A DNA stretch of 64,000 nucleotides from Lama glama (taxonomy: Eukaryota): the NCBI GenBank assembly GCA_028534125.1, contig CM052818.1, positions 46,316,001 to 46,380,000 on the forward strand, given 5' to 3'. Of this stretch, positions 1-11,790 are shown piece after piece. The position numbers and the translations under genes are program-made. The notes beneath the pieces were generated by a model, which ran no database searches, was not told the DNA's origin, and saw nothing but the letters and a program-made list of their open reading frames with translations. The first letter of the stretch is position 1. Every line of letters begins with the position of its first letter.

Positions 1-820
1 TCACCAGGGAGTGGCTACGCAGTAACTGGCTTTCCTAAGTCTATTAAGAAGAGCTTGGAAGTAAAGTTGAAGCGAGTGGTGGAGGTAATTTTTAACTAAA
101 ATGACAAGAGAAAAAAGCAATTATTTCCCCACTCAAAAACACACCCTTCATTATAGTGCTTACTCACAGGTAATTAAGATTAAACTTGATCAGAAGAAGT
201 TAAAAAGATTAAGACTGAGTGCTGGAAAAAGTCTCTGTCAATTACACATAAAAACAGCACTGGAATCTTAGAACAACAAAAACATAACAAAAGCTGAGAG
301 TCTCAAGGAACCAACAGTTTCAACCAATTAGGCTGAGACTTGTAACCAGATCGGGAGCTCACCCACACCCTGCCCACTCCACACTCTACCCAAGCTTCAG
401 AGAAGGGGGAAAAAGCTGCAATTATAACCAGAATTCATGTGGAAAAACTATAAACAGGCCAAAATCTAATAGACAATACAGACCGAAGTAGGAACTAAGC
501 CGCAGCCAAGTCTGACCAAACCTCATTAACTCTGAGGAGCGAGACTACAGCTGACCTTTCATTTACAAAGAAAATTTCAGAGAGTGAATTTATCACAGGG
601 ATGTGTCTTGGATATTTCAGAGGAAAATAAACAACGGTTTTCAACCACTTTCAAAGTGTCTCTCTGGATCCCCTACACAGTTTTATTAATAGCCACAGTT
701 CTTATTTATCTCCTCCGAGTCCCTGCCGCCCGGGCGTGGCTATGCTCGGGGACGCGTGCAGCGTGGGAAAGGACAGCTCTGGGGTGGGGAGCGGGGTGCT
801 CACACTTTTTCTTCTCAGAC

Positions 821-965
821 CCGTGCTGTCCAGGACAGCAGCCACTGGCCACAGAGGAATATTTAGAGTAAAATTAAAATGTAATAAAATTTAAAAGTCA
901 GCTCCTCATGTCTTGCTACCTTTCTCAAGAGTGCTGGCCCCATCCCACGCGCTGCTTCCAGGCGT
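821..965 (-). mobile_element. MER3-like hAT-Charlie MITE fragment
   Basis: gtgctgtccaggacagcagccactggccaca...aaattaaaatgtaataaaatttaaaagtcagctcctca resembles the reverse complement of MER3. Confidence 0.65.
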
Positions 966-1519
966 GCTGCCTTTAGGCTTCTCCTCTGTACCTGCAGGCC
1001 CCTCCGGGGGCCGTCCCTGAGGGTTGTCCCATAAGACACTGGCAGCATCTGGGAGTCCTTGCCCTCCTCCTTCCGTGGGCTTGGCACAAACGTCACTGTG
1101 TGACACATCCGTCTTCCTTGGGAGGGCTGACTTAGTCTGTTCCAAGAGCCCTACAGGGACCACCATCCTGGCGCGGAAGCACCTATGTCCTGATGCTGGA
1201 ATGTGGAACCAAACCCACAGTCTGAGATGAGCCTGGAGCATCCAGGGTCCACAAGCCACATCCTGCCCTCAGCCTGCTTTTACGCGGCCGTGAGCTAAGG
1301 ATCTGTACAGATGAAACTTCCCAGTCCACGTAATCACGAGGAATTCTGACTCTGATCCAGCTAAGAGAAGCGTCATATCCCCAGAAGGACCCCACCCCCC
1401 ATCAGCAGACCTGCATCACCAAACGTCACGCTCCACTGTTACTGTCCTTAGTTTGATTTTCATTAATAAAATTTTTTGTGGAAATTTATTTCCTCTTATT
1501 TTATAAGTATATACATAGT

Positions 1520-1600
1520 ATCCTCAATTGTGTCTCTAGGCCCAGAAAGCCTAAAATATTTACTATCTGGACCTTTGCACACAGTGTACTGACCCCTGAC
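1520..1600 (+). mobile_element. MER58-family hAT MITE 3' end
   Basis: ggcccagaaagcctaaaatatttactatctggacctttgcacac...gacccctg is the typical MER58 terminus. Confidence 0.7.
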
Positions 1601-2289
1601 CTGCAGATCCACACAGATGTTTCCCCAGCATCGTCAGCAAGCCCCTGCTCCTCCTGCCCTGACCTGAAGGCATTCGCCGGAGCCAGCAGCACAAGGCCAG
1701 CTTGGTCCCCAGCTCCCTACGGTCACAATTTGAGCCAGCAGGGATGGGAAGGGGCTGGCTTACTCTTGGAACCCAGAGACGCTGCCCTGGAGGGGACGAG
1801 AGGACAGCGACCCATAAGCCTCCCTGATTCAGACCACATTCCAGGCCTGTCCCGTCTCATCACCCCCCATTCCTTTCATGAAAGGCCAACTGGAGAAGAA
1901 GGAATGGTATATTTGAAGGAGAGTGGACCAAATAACAAAACAAAAGAATGCCCAGACCCATGTCCCAAGGACAGCTTTGCCAAGAGTCATACAGACGTTT
2001 AGACGGTGGTTTTGCCTCATCGCACATTTGACTTAACCTTGAAATAACAGAGAACGTAAATGACAGTGTCCAGTATTTCCAGAAGCCTTTGGAAAGCAGG
2101 GAAATGCACCGTAGCCTGCAGGCTCAGTGGAAAGCGAGAGCAATAATGGATCTACCTCCTCCTGGGAGTAAAGCAGAGGCCTGGAGAAGAGCAGGTGTCG
2201 TGGAGAATTAAGATGAGATACCCAGGCTAAATAACAGCGGTGTGAAATGCGTGCGTGAGGACAAACAAGAAGGACACACTCTGCATCAC

Positions 2290-2680
2290 CTAATAAAATC
2301 CACGCTACTCACAGCATGCACCCATCTGCACCGGAAGAGACGCACCAGGATGTTTACGACATGCTTCAGAACAGCTGAAAACTGGACAAACCCAAATTCC
2401 TGTCGGTGGTGAAATGGACGAACTGTTGTGTATTCACATAACAGAATGTCACACAGCAATGGAAACGAACGAACTTTACCTACTCAGGACACCAAACGAA
2501 ATTTCACAAAAATGTTCATTTAAATAAGCAAAAGCAGCAAGTTGCAAAAGTGAGTATGCAATGTAATGCCACAAAAATTCAAAAAATAGGCAGAATTAGA
2601 TTATGTTTAAGGATTTAATTATGTTTATGTTTACGGATATAAATATTGCAAAGAAAAAATGAGAAAGAGCCCCAAATGCC
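2290..2680 (+). mobile_element. Ancient L1M (L1ME/MC-like) 3' fragment
   Basis: Degenerate aaaactggacaaacccaaat...tgtattcacataacagaat...cagcaatggaaacgaacgaact motifs of the ORF2 end and 3' UTR. Confidence 0.6.
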
Positions 2681-4019
2681 CAACCTAGAGAGTAACCACG
2701 AAAACTACGGTGCGCTCACACAGAGTCCAGACAGTTGTCGCTGTGACTGAAGCCAACTGGGTCACCCTACGTGAAACCTTTAAGTGGAAAAAGAACACAG
2801 GCTATGCACAAATGCCCACATCAAGAAAAGAGAACCTTGAGGCTTGTAAAGTTGAAGACCCAAGCACCCACGGGCACTTCTCAGACCCCTCCCCGGGGAC
2901 GTCAGCCCCCAACACAGGCCTTACTAGATCACTCTTTCAGAGAAACGGAAACAGATGATGTGAACTCCAGCTTTATAAAAATGCTTTTACATCCTGATTT
3001 TATTGGGGGAAGGGAGGGAAGCTTCTGGGAGATCCGGGGGAGTCGAAAAGGGAAAGGCGAAATTTGGCGAAACAGCTACAACCCAGCAGAAGCAAAGAAA
3101 GGCACCCCCAGTCTTCCCAGTGCCCTGTTCCCGGGGAGACACAGGGGCAGGAGGGCCCGGCCTGGGTCCCTCTGACACATCCCATGGCGCGTTACTTGAC
3201 TCTGCTCCCTGGACTGAAAAAAGCTCAGACACGAGGCAGGACACGGTTACCTCAGGAGAATAATCACAGACAAAACGGGCATTATACCAGAAGACGCTAA
3301 CACACCGCTGCAGGAAGCGGGAGGGAGGGGTGAGGGCGCCGCAGCGGACCAGGCACCCACAGGCCAGGCGATGCAGAAGCCGGAGAAGAGGCTGGGAAGG
3401 CGACCTCCACTCGGGAGCGAGGTCAGCCTTCCACATGTGTCCCAGTCCCACAAGACAATGTAGTCACAAGACAGGCTGACTTCCCCAGGAAACAGGGATC
3501 AAGCCACATGAACTTCACTTCAGTAACATAAACAGTGGAGCAGGGACTTGAGATGGCTGTTTTCTTCCCGAGCTCCCCACGCAGACGAGGAGAACCAAGG
3601 GAGACTTCTCTGCCGGGGGCTCTAGGTCTGCCTGGAGACATCACGACCCTGAGCCACTCGGGGGGCTCTGTCCGCTCCCCTCACCCCTTGCAGCATACTG
3701 GCTCCACCACTCCAAACAGGCCCTCGGCGGAGGCCTTTCTGCTGGCAACTGGCTACCACATTTGTGTTCTGTGTGTTCTTTCAAAAAGTACCTCTTGTAA
3801 CTGTGACCTGAGACTTTAAGCAGTACCTGCGTTGAAAATGGGAGAACCCATCATTCCATTCAAGTCTCTTAATTCCCTCCTAACACCCACATCTCTAGCT
3901 CCGCTCCCTACAGGAAGACGCCAGAAAGGAAAGAACCCAACAGAACGCGGTCTCAGCTCTGGGCCCTCAGCGCTGTCCTTTTGGAGAACGGTGCGGAAGT
4001 TGAAAACCACTCGTTTCAG

Positions 4020-4200
4020 AACCAGGCAGACGTGGTTCCGGGCCAGGCTCCACTAACCAGCAGCACAGTTTCAGAAAAATTACTTCACCTCCCTGACTTC
4101 GGTTTCTTCACCTGGAAACTGGGAGCAGTAATGCCTGCTTCACAGACGATGTCATCGGTGTGGACAGGACCTGGAGCGCTCACTGCAGGCCCCAGTACCC
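4020..4200 (+). mobile_element. MIR SINE
   Basis: Core ttacttcacctccctgacttcggtttcttcacctggaaactggg. Confidence 0.65.
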
Positions 4201-7056
4201 CACAGCCGTTACGAGGGTGCCTCTGGTCCTCAGAGGGGCTCCGGCTACCCTGCACCTCCCACCAGGGACAGCGGCTAGTCAGAAACCCCACCACCCCGGT
4301 ACTGTCCCAATCGACGGGATACGTACATGTTTTCAGATCTGACAACGGCCATGATAATGAGGAAAAAGTCTAAGAAAAAACATCTTTGTAGCTCACGCCA
4401 GTCTTTCACTTCTACTGCCACAGATTTTTCCCCATCAACATTTAAATTCTTCAAAACTTTTCCTGGTATGTCTCTGACTCACTAAATGGATGACAGAGCA
4501 AAGACAGGGGGGTGTCCTGGGTCACTCGTCCCCTGACTTTACCACTCAGAAGAGGAGTGTGGAGCCCCAGGTCGGAGCTGCGAGGGGAGTGGAGGGCAGC
4601 CTGGCTCCCAGGGGCAGGAGGGGAGCTCAGCGGGCTTCAGCGGCCGCCTCCTCCAAAGTTCAGGACATCATCTCCCTTACACCCTGGTCCCTGTGCTTCC
4701 TCTAAGCCGGTCCAGGGGCACGGGCACCCCCGCCCAGACCACCTGTGTAAGTAGCCCGGCGTTTCAGACCCTTCCCCAGGGAGGCATGGACGAAGGTGGT
4801 GGGTGGGGCCGCCACCATCTGCATCTGTCCAGGCGACACAACCTACTCTTGGGCTTTCCAAGGGGAAGATCAGACAGACGACCGCCGTCCTGCCGTGTCT
4901 GGATCTTCCATTTCCCGGTTCCTGTTTTCCATCCCACAGACTCGGCGCCCTGCTCTGCGGTGGAGTGGGAAGTAGGGAGGAGGGAAGCTGAGACAGGGGA
5001 AGGGAGACAAGAGGAAGCAGGACCCAGCAGGCTTGCTGAGACTGCCGCCCACAGCGCCTCCCTTGAGATGCAGCAGAGGGAGTTTCATGAGAAAAGGACA
5101 GCGAAATAAGGCCAACGCACTAACTGGGTCCCTTGCGCCCCTCCTGCTTCACCGCACGGTGCCTGTCCTCCATCCACGCTTCCTAGCCCTCAAGGCTGCA
5201 TCTCTGGGAACTAACCTCTAATTTTTCTGCAACCCAAGTAGTGCAGTGACAGGGAAGGGGAAAGATAAACTGGGGGGGCCAGAGGTGCACAGGAACCATC
5301 CAGGCATTTTCCTCCCCTAGACCACACACCTGCACCCCACTTTGCCCCTGTGACCCCAGCTTATCGTGAGAGCGCCACTGGAGGAGAAAGACTATGGCTT
5401 AGGACACAGACCTGGCCTTTCATTCCCACATCTCCACACACGAACGACTGGATCTGGGCCTCAGCTTCCACATCCCTAGAATGGGGCAACAGCATCTACT
5501 TGCTAAGGCAACGGAAGTTACACCACGTGGGTGAGCACTGCCCTGGCCTCTGGAAAGCATCCAGCAGCTCGGCAGGAAGAGCAGGTTGCAGGGCCGGACG
5601 AGAGAGAGGGTGAGGCTGGATGTGGGGAGAGGTGGGGAGGGCAGGGCAGGTCCCCGTCACCGAGGAGCAGCGGAAGATGGCAGGATGTACAGCCAAAGGC
5701 CAGATCAGCTCTAGGTTGGCCGGGGCAGCACCCGAGGGTCATGAAAGGCTGTTTATTTTCAGCATCTGGGGATGTGAGCATTTCTCCCCAAGGAAGGGCT
5801 TCAGACCATTCGTTTTACTTTCTTTGTTCTCCATCCAAAGAAAAGAAATGCAAAACCCCAGCTAACAGAACAAGAGGGAGAGCAGGGGACCAGATCCCGC
5901 AACCCAGGGAGAGGCCCCCTCCTGCCTGCACCCTGGGGGCTGCCAGGCAGACCCCGGGGACCATCCTCATCTGTCCCTCCAGCAGGACACGACGCCCGCT
6001 GCACACTGCAGTCCCCCGGGAACCCCAAATGCAGAGTCCTAGAAACAGATGCTCCATTTAATGGTGCTGCTCGCTCAGCCTGAAGGGTGAAGAGGAGCAG
6101 AGAGAGACGAAGATGAAGGTGTATGACATGAGTAAAGATATTCTACGTTTCTCAGACCAGAACGCTACTTGCTTTGAAGCCACTGTGCAGAGTATTTACT
6201 ATCCCTCAAAAAAGCAAAAATTCAAATTATTTACTATTCCTCAAGAAACCCGAGGAAGTTGCAAGAGGGCACAGACAAGAAGGCAGCTTCTCCGGGTGCT
6301 GCTGGTTCAAGCCACACAACCCAGGCTTCTAGGAAGGTTTACACTTATTACAGTGACCCGAACAATGGACTGTGCAAATGAAGGGGTGAGTATGGTGGCA
6401 GGGAGAGGGCACCAACCGGCTCTGTCACCTACTCATATGGTGGCCCCGCTTCTCCTCGGAAGTTCCAGATGTAAAATTCTATGAAACCACTGTCTTTAAG
6501 ACAGTTTGCATGTCAGCTATCTCTCCTAAAGAGGGATGACAACTGTACTCAAATACATGTGATGCATAGATTAATTTTCCAGGAATTCCTGCCTGAGAGT
6601 CTCAATAGAATCAATTAATGACTAGCTATTAATACTGTGAATAATCAACCCTATTCCACATGTAAAAACAAGTATTTGGTAATGGCAAAAAGTGACTTTT
6701 AACTAAAAATTCCACATTTCCCTGGCTTGGACTTCTCAAAATAGACAGGAAGAAATGTAAATTGTATGTCAGTACAACTTAACAGAAGGTCAAGATACAA
6801 ACACGAAAACATCAGCAGTCGTACTGGGGGTACCAGTAGTGACAGGTCTCTCACATCTGCATAGCACTTTGAACACAATGTGCTTTTACACATATTACAT
6901 CTGGTGGGCCTCAAACACAGGTAATGTTACTGTAACAAAGCAGAGGCGAAGGCTCAGAAAGGTGAAGTTATTTTTCCAAGGCCACAGAGGTAATGATAAA
7001 ACCAAAATGCCACCTTTGTAATTTTCTTTCAGTTAAAAAAAAAAAACTTTTTAAAA

Positions 7057-7199
7057 ATTCTTTTTATGGCCGAGTAGTATTCCATTGTATAAATACACCA
7101 CGATTTCTTTATCCAGTCACTTGTTGATGGACATTTAGGTTGTTTCCATGCCTTGGCTACTGTGAATAGTGCTGCTATGAACACTGGGGTGCATGTATC
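7057..7199 (-). mobile_element. Young L1, inverted 5' segment (ORF2 C-terminus)
   Basis: Minus strand encodes DTCTPVFIAALFTVAKAWKQPKCPSTSDWIKKSWCIYTMEYYSAIKR, an L1 ORF2 C-terminal sequence. Confidence 0.92.
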
Positions 7200-8177
7200 A
7201 TAAAATAATGCCATTTGCAGCAACATGGATAGACCTGGAGATTGTCATTTTAAGTGAAGTAAATCATAAAGAGAAAGAAAAATACCATGTGATATCACTC
7301 ATATGTGGAAATCTAAAAAAAAGAAAAAAGAAGACACTAATGAACTCATCTATAAAACAGAAGCAGACTCANNNNNNNNNNNNNNNNNNNNNNNNNNNNN
7401 NNNNNNNNNNNNNNNNNNNNNNNNNNNNNNNNNNNNNNNNNNNNNNNNNNNNNNNNNNNNNNNNNNNNNNNNNNNNNNNNNNNNNNNNNNNNNNNNNNNN
7501 NNNNNNNNNNNNNNNNNNNNNNNNNNNNNNNNNNNNNNNNNNNNNNNNNNNNNNNNNNNNNNNNNNNNNNNNNNNNNNNNNNNNNNNNNNNNNNNNNNNN
7601 NNNNNNNNNNNNNNNNNNNNNNNNNNNNNNNNNNNNNNNNNNNNNNNNNNNNNNNNNNNNNNNNNNNNNNNNNNNNNNNNNNNNNNNNNNNNNNNNNNNN
7701 NNNNNNNNNNNNNNNNNNNNNNNNNNNNNNNNNNNNNNNNNNNNNNNNNNNNNNNNNNNNNNNNNNNNNNNNNNNNNNNNNNNNNNNNNNNNNNNNNNNN
7801 NNNNNNNNNNNNNNNNNNNNNNNNNNNNNNNNNNNNNNNNNNNNNNNNNNNNNNNNNNNNNNNNNNNNNNNGAAGCAGACTCATAGACATAGTCAACAAT
7901 CTTATGGTTACCGGGGAGAAATGGGGTGGGGAGGGATAAATTACTGAGTTCAACATTCGCAAATATTAACTGCTATATATAAAAATAGAGAAAAAACAAA
8001 TTTCTTTTGTATAGCACAGGGAACTATATTCAACATCTTGTAATAACCTTTAATGAAAAAGAATATGAAACAAATATGTATTTTATATATATATGTAACT
8101 GGTACATTATGCTGTACATTAGAGATTGACATATTGTGACTATACTTCAATTTAAAAAATAAAATAAATAAAAATAA
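7200..8177 (+). mobile_element. Young L1 3' end (ORF2 tail plus 3' UTR, interrupted by an N-gap)
   Basis: IMPFAATWIDLEIVILSEV..., the cetartiodactyl-type 3' UTR motif tatagcacagggaactatattcaa, and an A-rich tail at about 8150-8177. Confidence 0.92.
7372..7871. other. Assembly gap (500 N)
   Basis: Run of N. Confidence 1.
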
Positions 8178-8343
8178 GTTTATTCTGTATAGCATAGGGA
8201 ATAATATTCAGTATCTTGTAGTAACCTACAATGAAAAATATGAAAATGAATATATGTATGTATGTGTATGACTGAAACATTATACTGTACACCAGAAACT
8301 GACACAACTTTGTAAACTGACTGTACTTCAACTTAAAAAAAAA
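8178..8343 (+). mobile_element. Second, short L1 3' terminus in tandem
   Basis: ctgtatagcatagggaaataatattcagtatcttgtagtaacc...tgtaaactgactgtacttcaa followed by an A-run. It is a diverged counterpart of 8008-8150. Confidence 0.88.
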
Positions 8344-10559
8344 CTTTCACATTATCTTAGCTTGTTGTTCTTTCTGACATCATGTGCTGTTTCCTTAGTC
8401 TCTTCAAGGTAAATGACTATTTATTCCAGGGAATAAAGCCAGGCCTATCAGCTCCTTCAGGTTGGGACCCCCTGATTTCTTGTCTCCGAATCTCCACCGC
8501 CAGCACAGTGCCTGACACCTGCAAATGCTCCATGAACAAGGAATGAACGAAGCCACACCCGTCTTCTCTAGTTTACACCAAACAACATGGCGGCAGGCCG
8601 CCCAGGAAAGAATTCTCACGGAAGGCAACCACAGTCATATCCTGAAGAAAGCAGCAAGTCATTAGAAGACGGAGGAGCCCCCAGCAGGGAGATCACAGTC
8701 AAACAAGCAGGGCCTGGCAGGACAAATGACTAAGGGATAGTCACCAAGTGCCCCATCCATTTGGTCAGTGGCTTTTGAAACATAATTCCTCTGTATAAAG
8801 TGGATTTAAAAGATATCTTACTAGAATACAAATTGTTCAAACATATAACATCACATAAAAAGAATCAGCAAAACCCATGAGGCTGTGTTCATTCACTTGA
8901 AATGGGCCCCGTGGGTGCCAGCAGCCTGTACGTGCACGTCGGTACTCTTTCAGTTACAACAAGATGGAGAAAACTCCGATTTGCATGTATAAATAGAAAC
9001 AGATGGTCAAAGACATTACTTTTGAAAACAGCCCAAGATACTCTTTATTTAAACTAATTCAAAGCTTTGAAATAGAAAGAAGTTTGTTTCAAGTCTCTAC
9101 CACGGACAGCATCTCGTATCTCCCTGCAGTCCTGAGCTCAAATACATTATACAGCAAGCACCTAAAATGTGCGGTAACGCTAAGGGCCACATGAACAGCA
9201 CATGGCGTCATGTGTGGAACACTGATTTCTTCTACAACCGACTGCAAAACGACATTTAACCGAAGGAGGGACACGCACAGACACATGCTAACACCAGCTT
9301 TCCACATCTTGGTGACCGTGCTGCTGTGCTCTATTTTTGTCTTGATCACCCCAAAGCCATGCTTAACACATAGTTGACACTCAATAAATATTGATTAAAT
9401 GAATTAATTGTGCTGCCAAGGTAACAAGATAACCTGCTTTCCAAGGGACCCTAGAACGGCTCTTTTCCTCCTCCCGTCTCTGCCAAGCTGTCTGGCCTGT
9501 CAACGTGCCGTTGATTAAGAAGGCGGTAGACCTGCCATGGTCATTCTACGGATCCAGGTCCACACACACCCCTTCATCAAAACAGGACGTTAGAAACGAC
9601 CTCACCGCAGAACTCCATCCCTGGAGCAACGCCAGCTCCTAAGAAGTTCCCCTCAACACTCAACATGCTCCTCACCAACCGGCACACAAGTAAGTGCACT
9701 CTTCCCAGGAGTCCTGAGCATTCCAGGTGTATCACCTCACTGCCAGGAGATGCAAAATTAAAGTGTAAATCTTGGCTTTTCAAAATTTTTAGACAATTGT
9801 TGTAAATATTAAATATAAAACCAGTATAGACACTATGCAGAAACCCTGCAGAAGTTTAGGGTCCCCACATCAGTTCTGCCCCTAATTCCCTTCATAATCT
9901 TGGGCAAGTCTCACCATCTCTGTAAAACTGGGAGGGGCGAATCCCATTATTTCTAAAGGCACCAGCTGGAACTACCTATGACCATGAACATATAAACCAG
10001 AGTGCCTCTGCTTTAACCTCCAGTGTTCACTGACATCAGATTAGCTTAATATGCTTGTAACAAGATGATGTGAGGCCACCTCTTCAGAACTCCACAGGAT
10101 GTCTGCCCCCGCAAATTCAACAAGGCTGGTGTCCCCAGTGTTCCCGTCTCCTCCTCCCACAGGTACTGAGTCCCAGCACTCTCCAGCTGGGATGGAGAAA
10201 GACGAAAAATCAGGTGAGGTATCGCATTTCTAGTCAAGTACAACACACAGGTTACCTTCAGTCATGAAACATACGAACAGACGCTGGAGATGAGTGGTTC
10301 TGCTGCGAACCTCTCCGTCTCTCCACATCCTGCGTGCCCAGACCCCTGCAGCAACCAACCCAGCCCGAGCTTCAGCGCCACTGGGAGGACAGGGTCCCCA
10401 GGGCCTGTGACCCCAGGAGCACAGAAGGTGGAAGTCGGTCTCCACCTCACCCAGTTCTCAGGACCTCAGAGACCTGGTGAGAAACCACAGGGCCCATGCC
10501 CATTCACAGAAGAAAGCCCTGTAAAGAGACGGCGAGGGCTCCCTGCGATCTGACCCCTT

Positions 10560-10960
10560 CCTCCTTCTGTCTCTAATTTCACTGTCCCTTTACCAACCCT
10601 CCACACTCCGCTCCTAGCAGACAACTCTTCCCAGAAGAAGCTGCGGGTTCTCGTGTTCGTGTGTTCTGGCTGCTCCTTTGCGTGGAGGGCCTTCCCCTCC
10701 AGAGCCCTCAGCATCCACCCAGATGCCACCTCCTCTGTGAGGCCTTCCCGTCCCCTCTGTGCTCCCAAAGTTCCCCGATCCTACCTCTTTGAGAAAACCC
10801 GCCTTACTTTGCCTTGTTTTATTGTTCATTGGTGGAAACTATCTTCCCCACTAGATACCAGGTTCCTTGAGGGTAAGGCCTGCGTCTCTATTTCTATTTT
10901 TGACCCTATGATGCTGGGCTCAGTGCTTGGCTCGCAGGTGATCCATGACAGCTGCATTTA
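10560..10960 (+). mobile_element. L2 LINE 3' fragment
   Basis: gccacctcctctgtgaggccttccc...ccccactagataccaggttccttgagggtaaggcctgcgtct. Confidence 0.6.
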
Positions 10961-11479
10961 AGTTCATCTCTATGGCCCCTCTCACCTCCAGCAGCTACTG
11001 TTTGAGTCAATGAGCCAGATTAACAGGAAGAGATGTAATGTCTCAGCAGTCGAGAGATGGCCCCTCCATCCTGGCTCTGATTTATGATTCCTGAGCACCA
11101 CAGCCCCCTTCCCGTTCCTCTCTTAGGCATTTACTGCTTTCAACCGCGTCTGATGGCTATTGGTGGACTCAGTTTAAACGAAAACCCACCACACTGTGTT
11201 CTCCTGGGGAGCCAGGCAACATGTCCCACATCCCTTTATACCTGCTGTGGAAAGGGAAACCACATGACGCGTTTCAAGGCTCGTTAGCTGATTAAAGGCC
11301 CAGGCCTCGATCACTGAACGGGGCCCCGGGTCTGACATCCCCAGATCGTGCGTGGCACCAGGCGTCGCCAGAGCTCCGGGGTCCTAGAGGCGACGGTGCA
11401 ATAAGCTGGCTTTGTACTTCTTGTTCTTCCCCAGTGCCAGCACAAAGTCTGTGGTCACACAGCACCAGCTGAATTATGA

Positions 11480-11790
11480 GCAACAATTACCACGTGTGCA
11501 GCACACCTTACAGACTACAGAATGCTCCTCCACAAACCTTAAATGCCCACTTTGTGACAGGCAGCATACTCAATGCTGAGAATGAACACGGAGTTTCTGC
11601 CCCAAGGAGGTCATGTGTACCACCGCAGCTTCCTAACAACCCTAGCAGGCAGTTAGGGTAGGTATTACTTCCCTCATCTTGCAGATGGTGAGACTGAGGC
11701 TCAAGAGATTAAGTAAACTTTCCAAATAAGACAAATGTACGGATGGGAAACGACGTAAACTCGGATGAGACCCCAACTCCTGCTCTCCCT
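11480..11790 (-). mobile_element. MIR SINE
   Basis: aacaaccctagcaggcag...tattacttccctcatcttgcagatggtgagactgaggctcaagagattaagtaaactt. Confidence 0.65.

Noticed and set aside
7193..7962. ORFs of 197-248 aa in the track
   Set aside because: Artefacts of translating through 500 N inside an L1 3' UTR.
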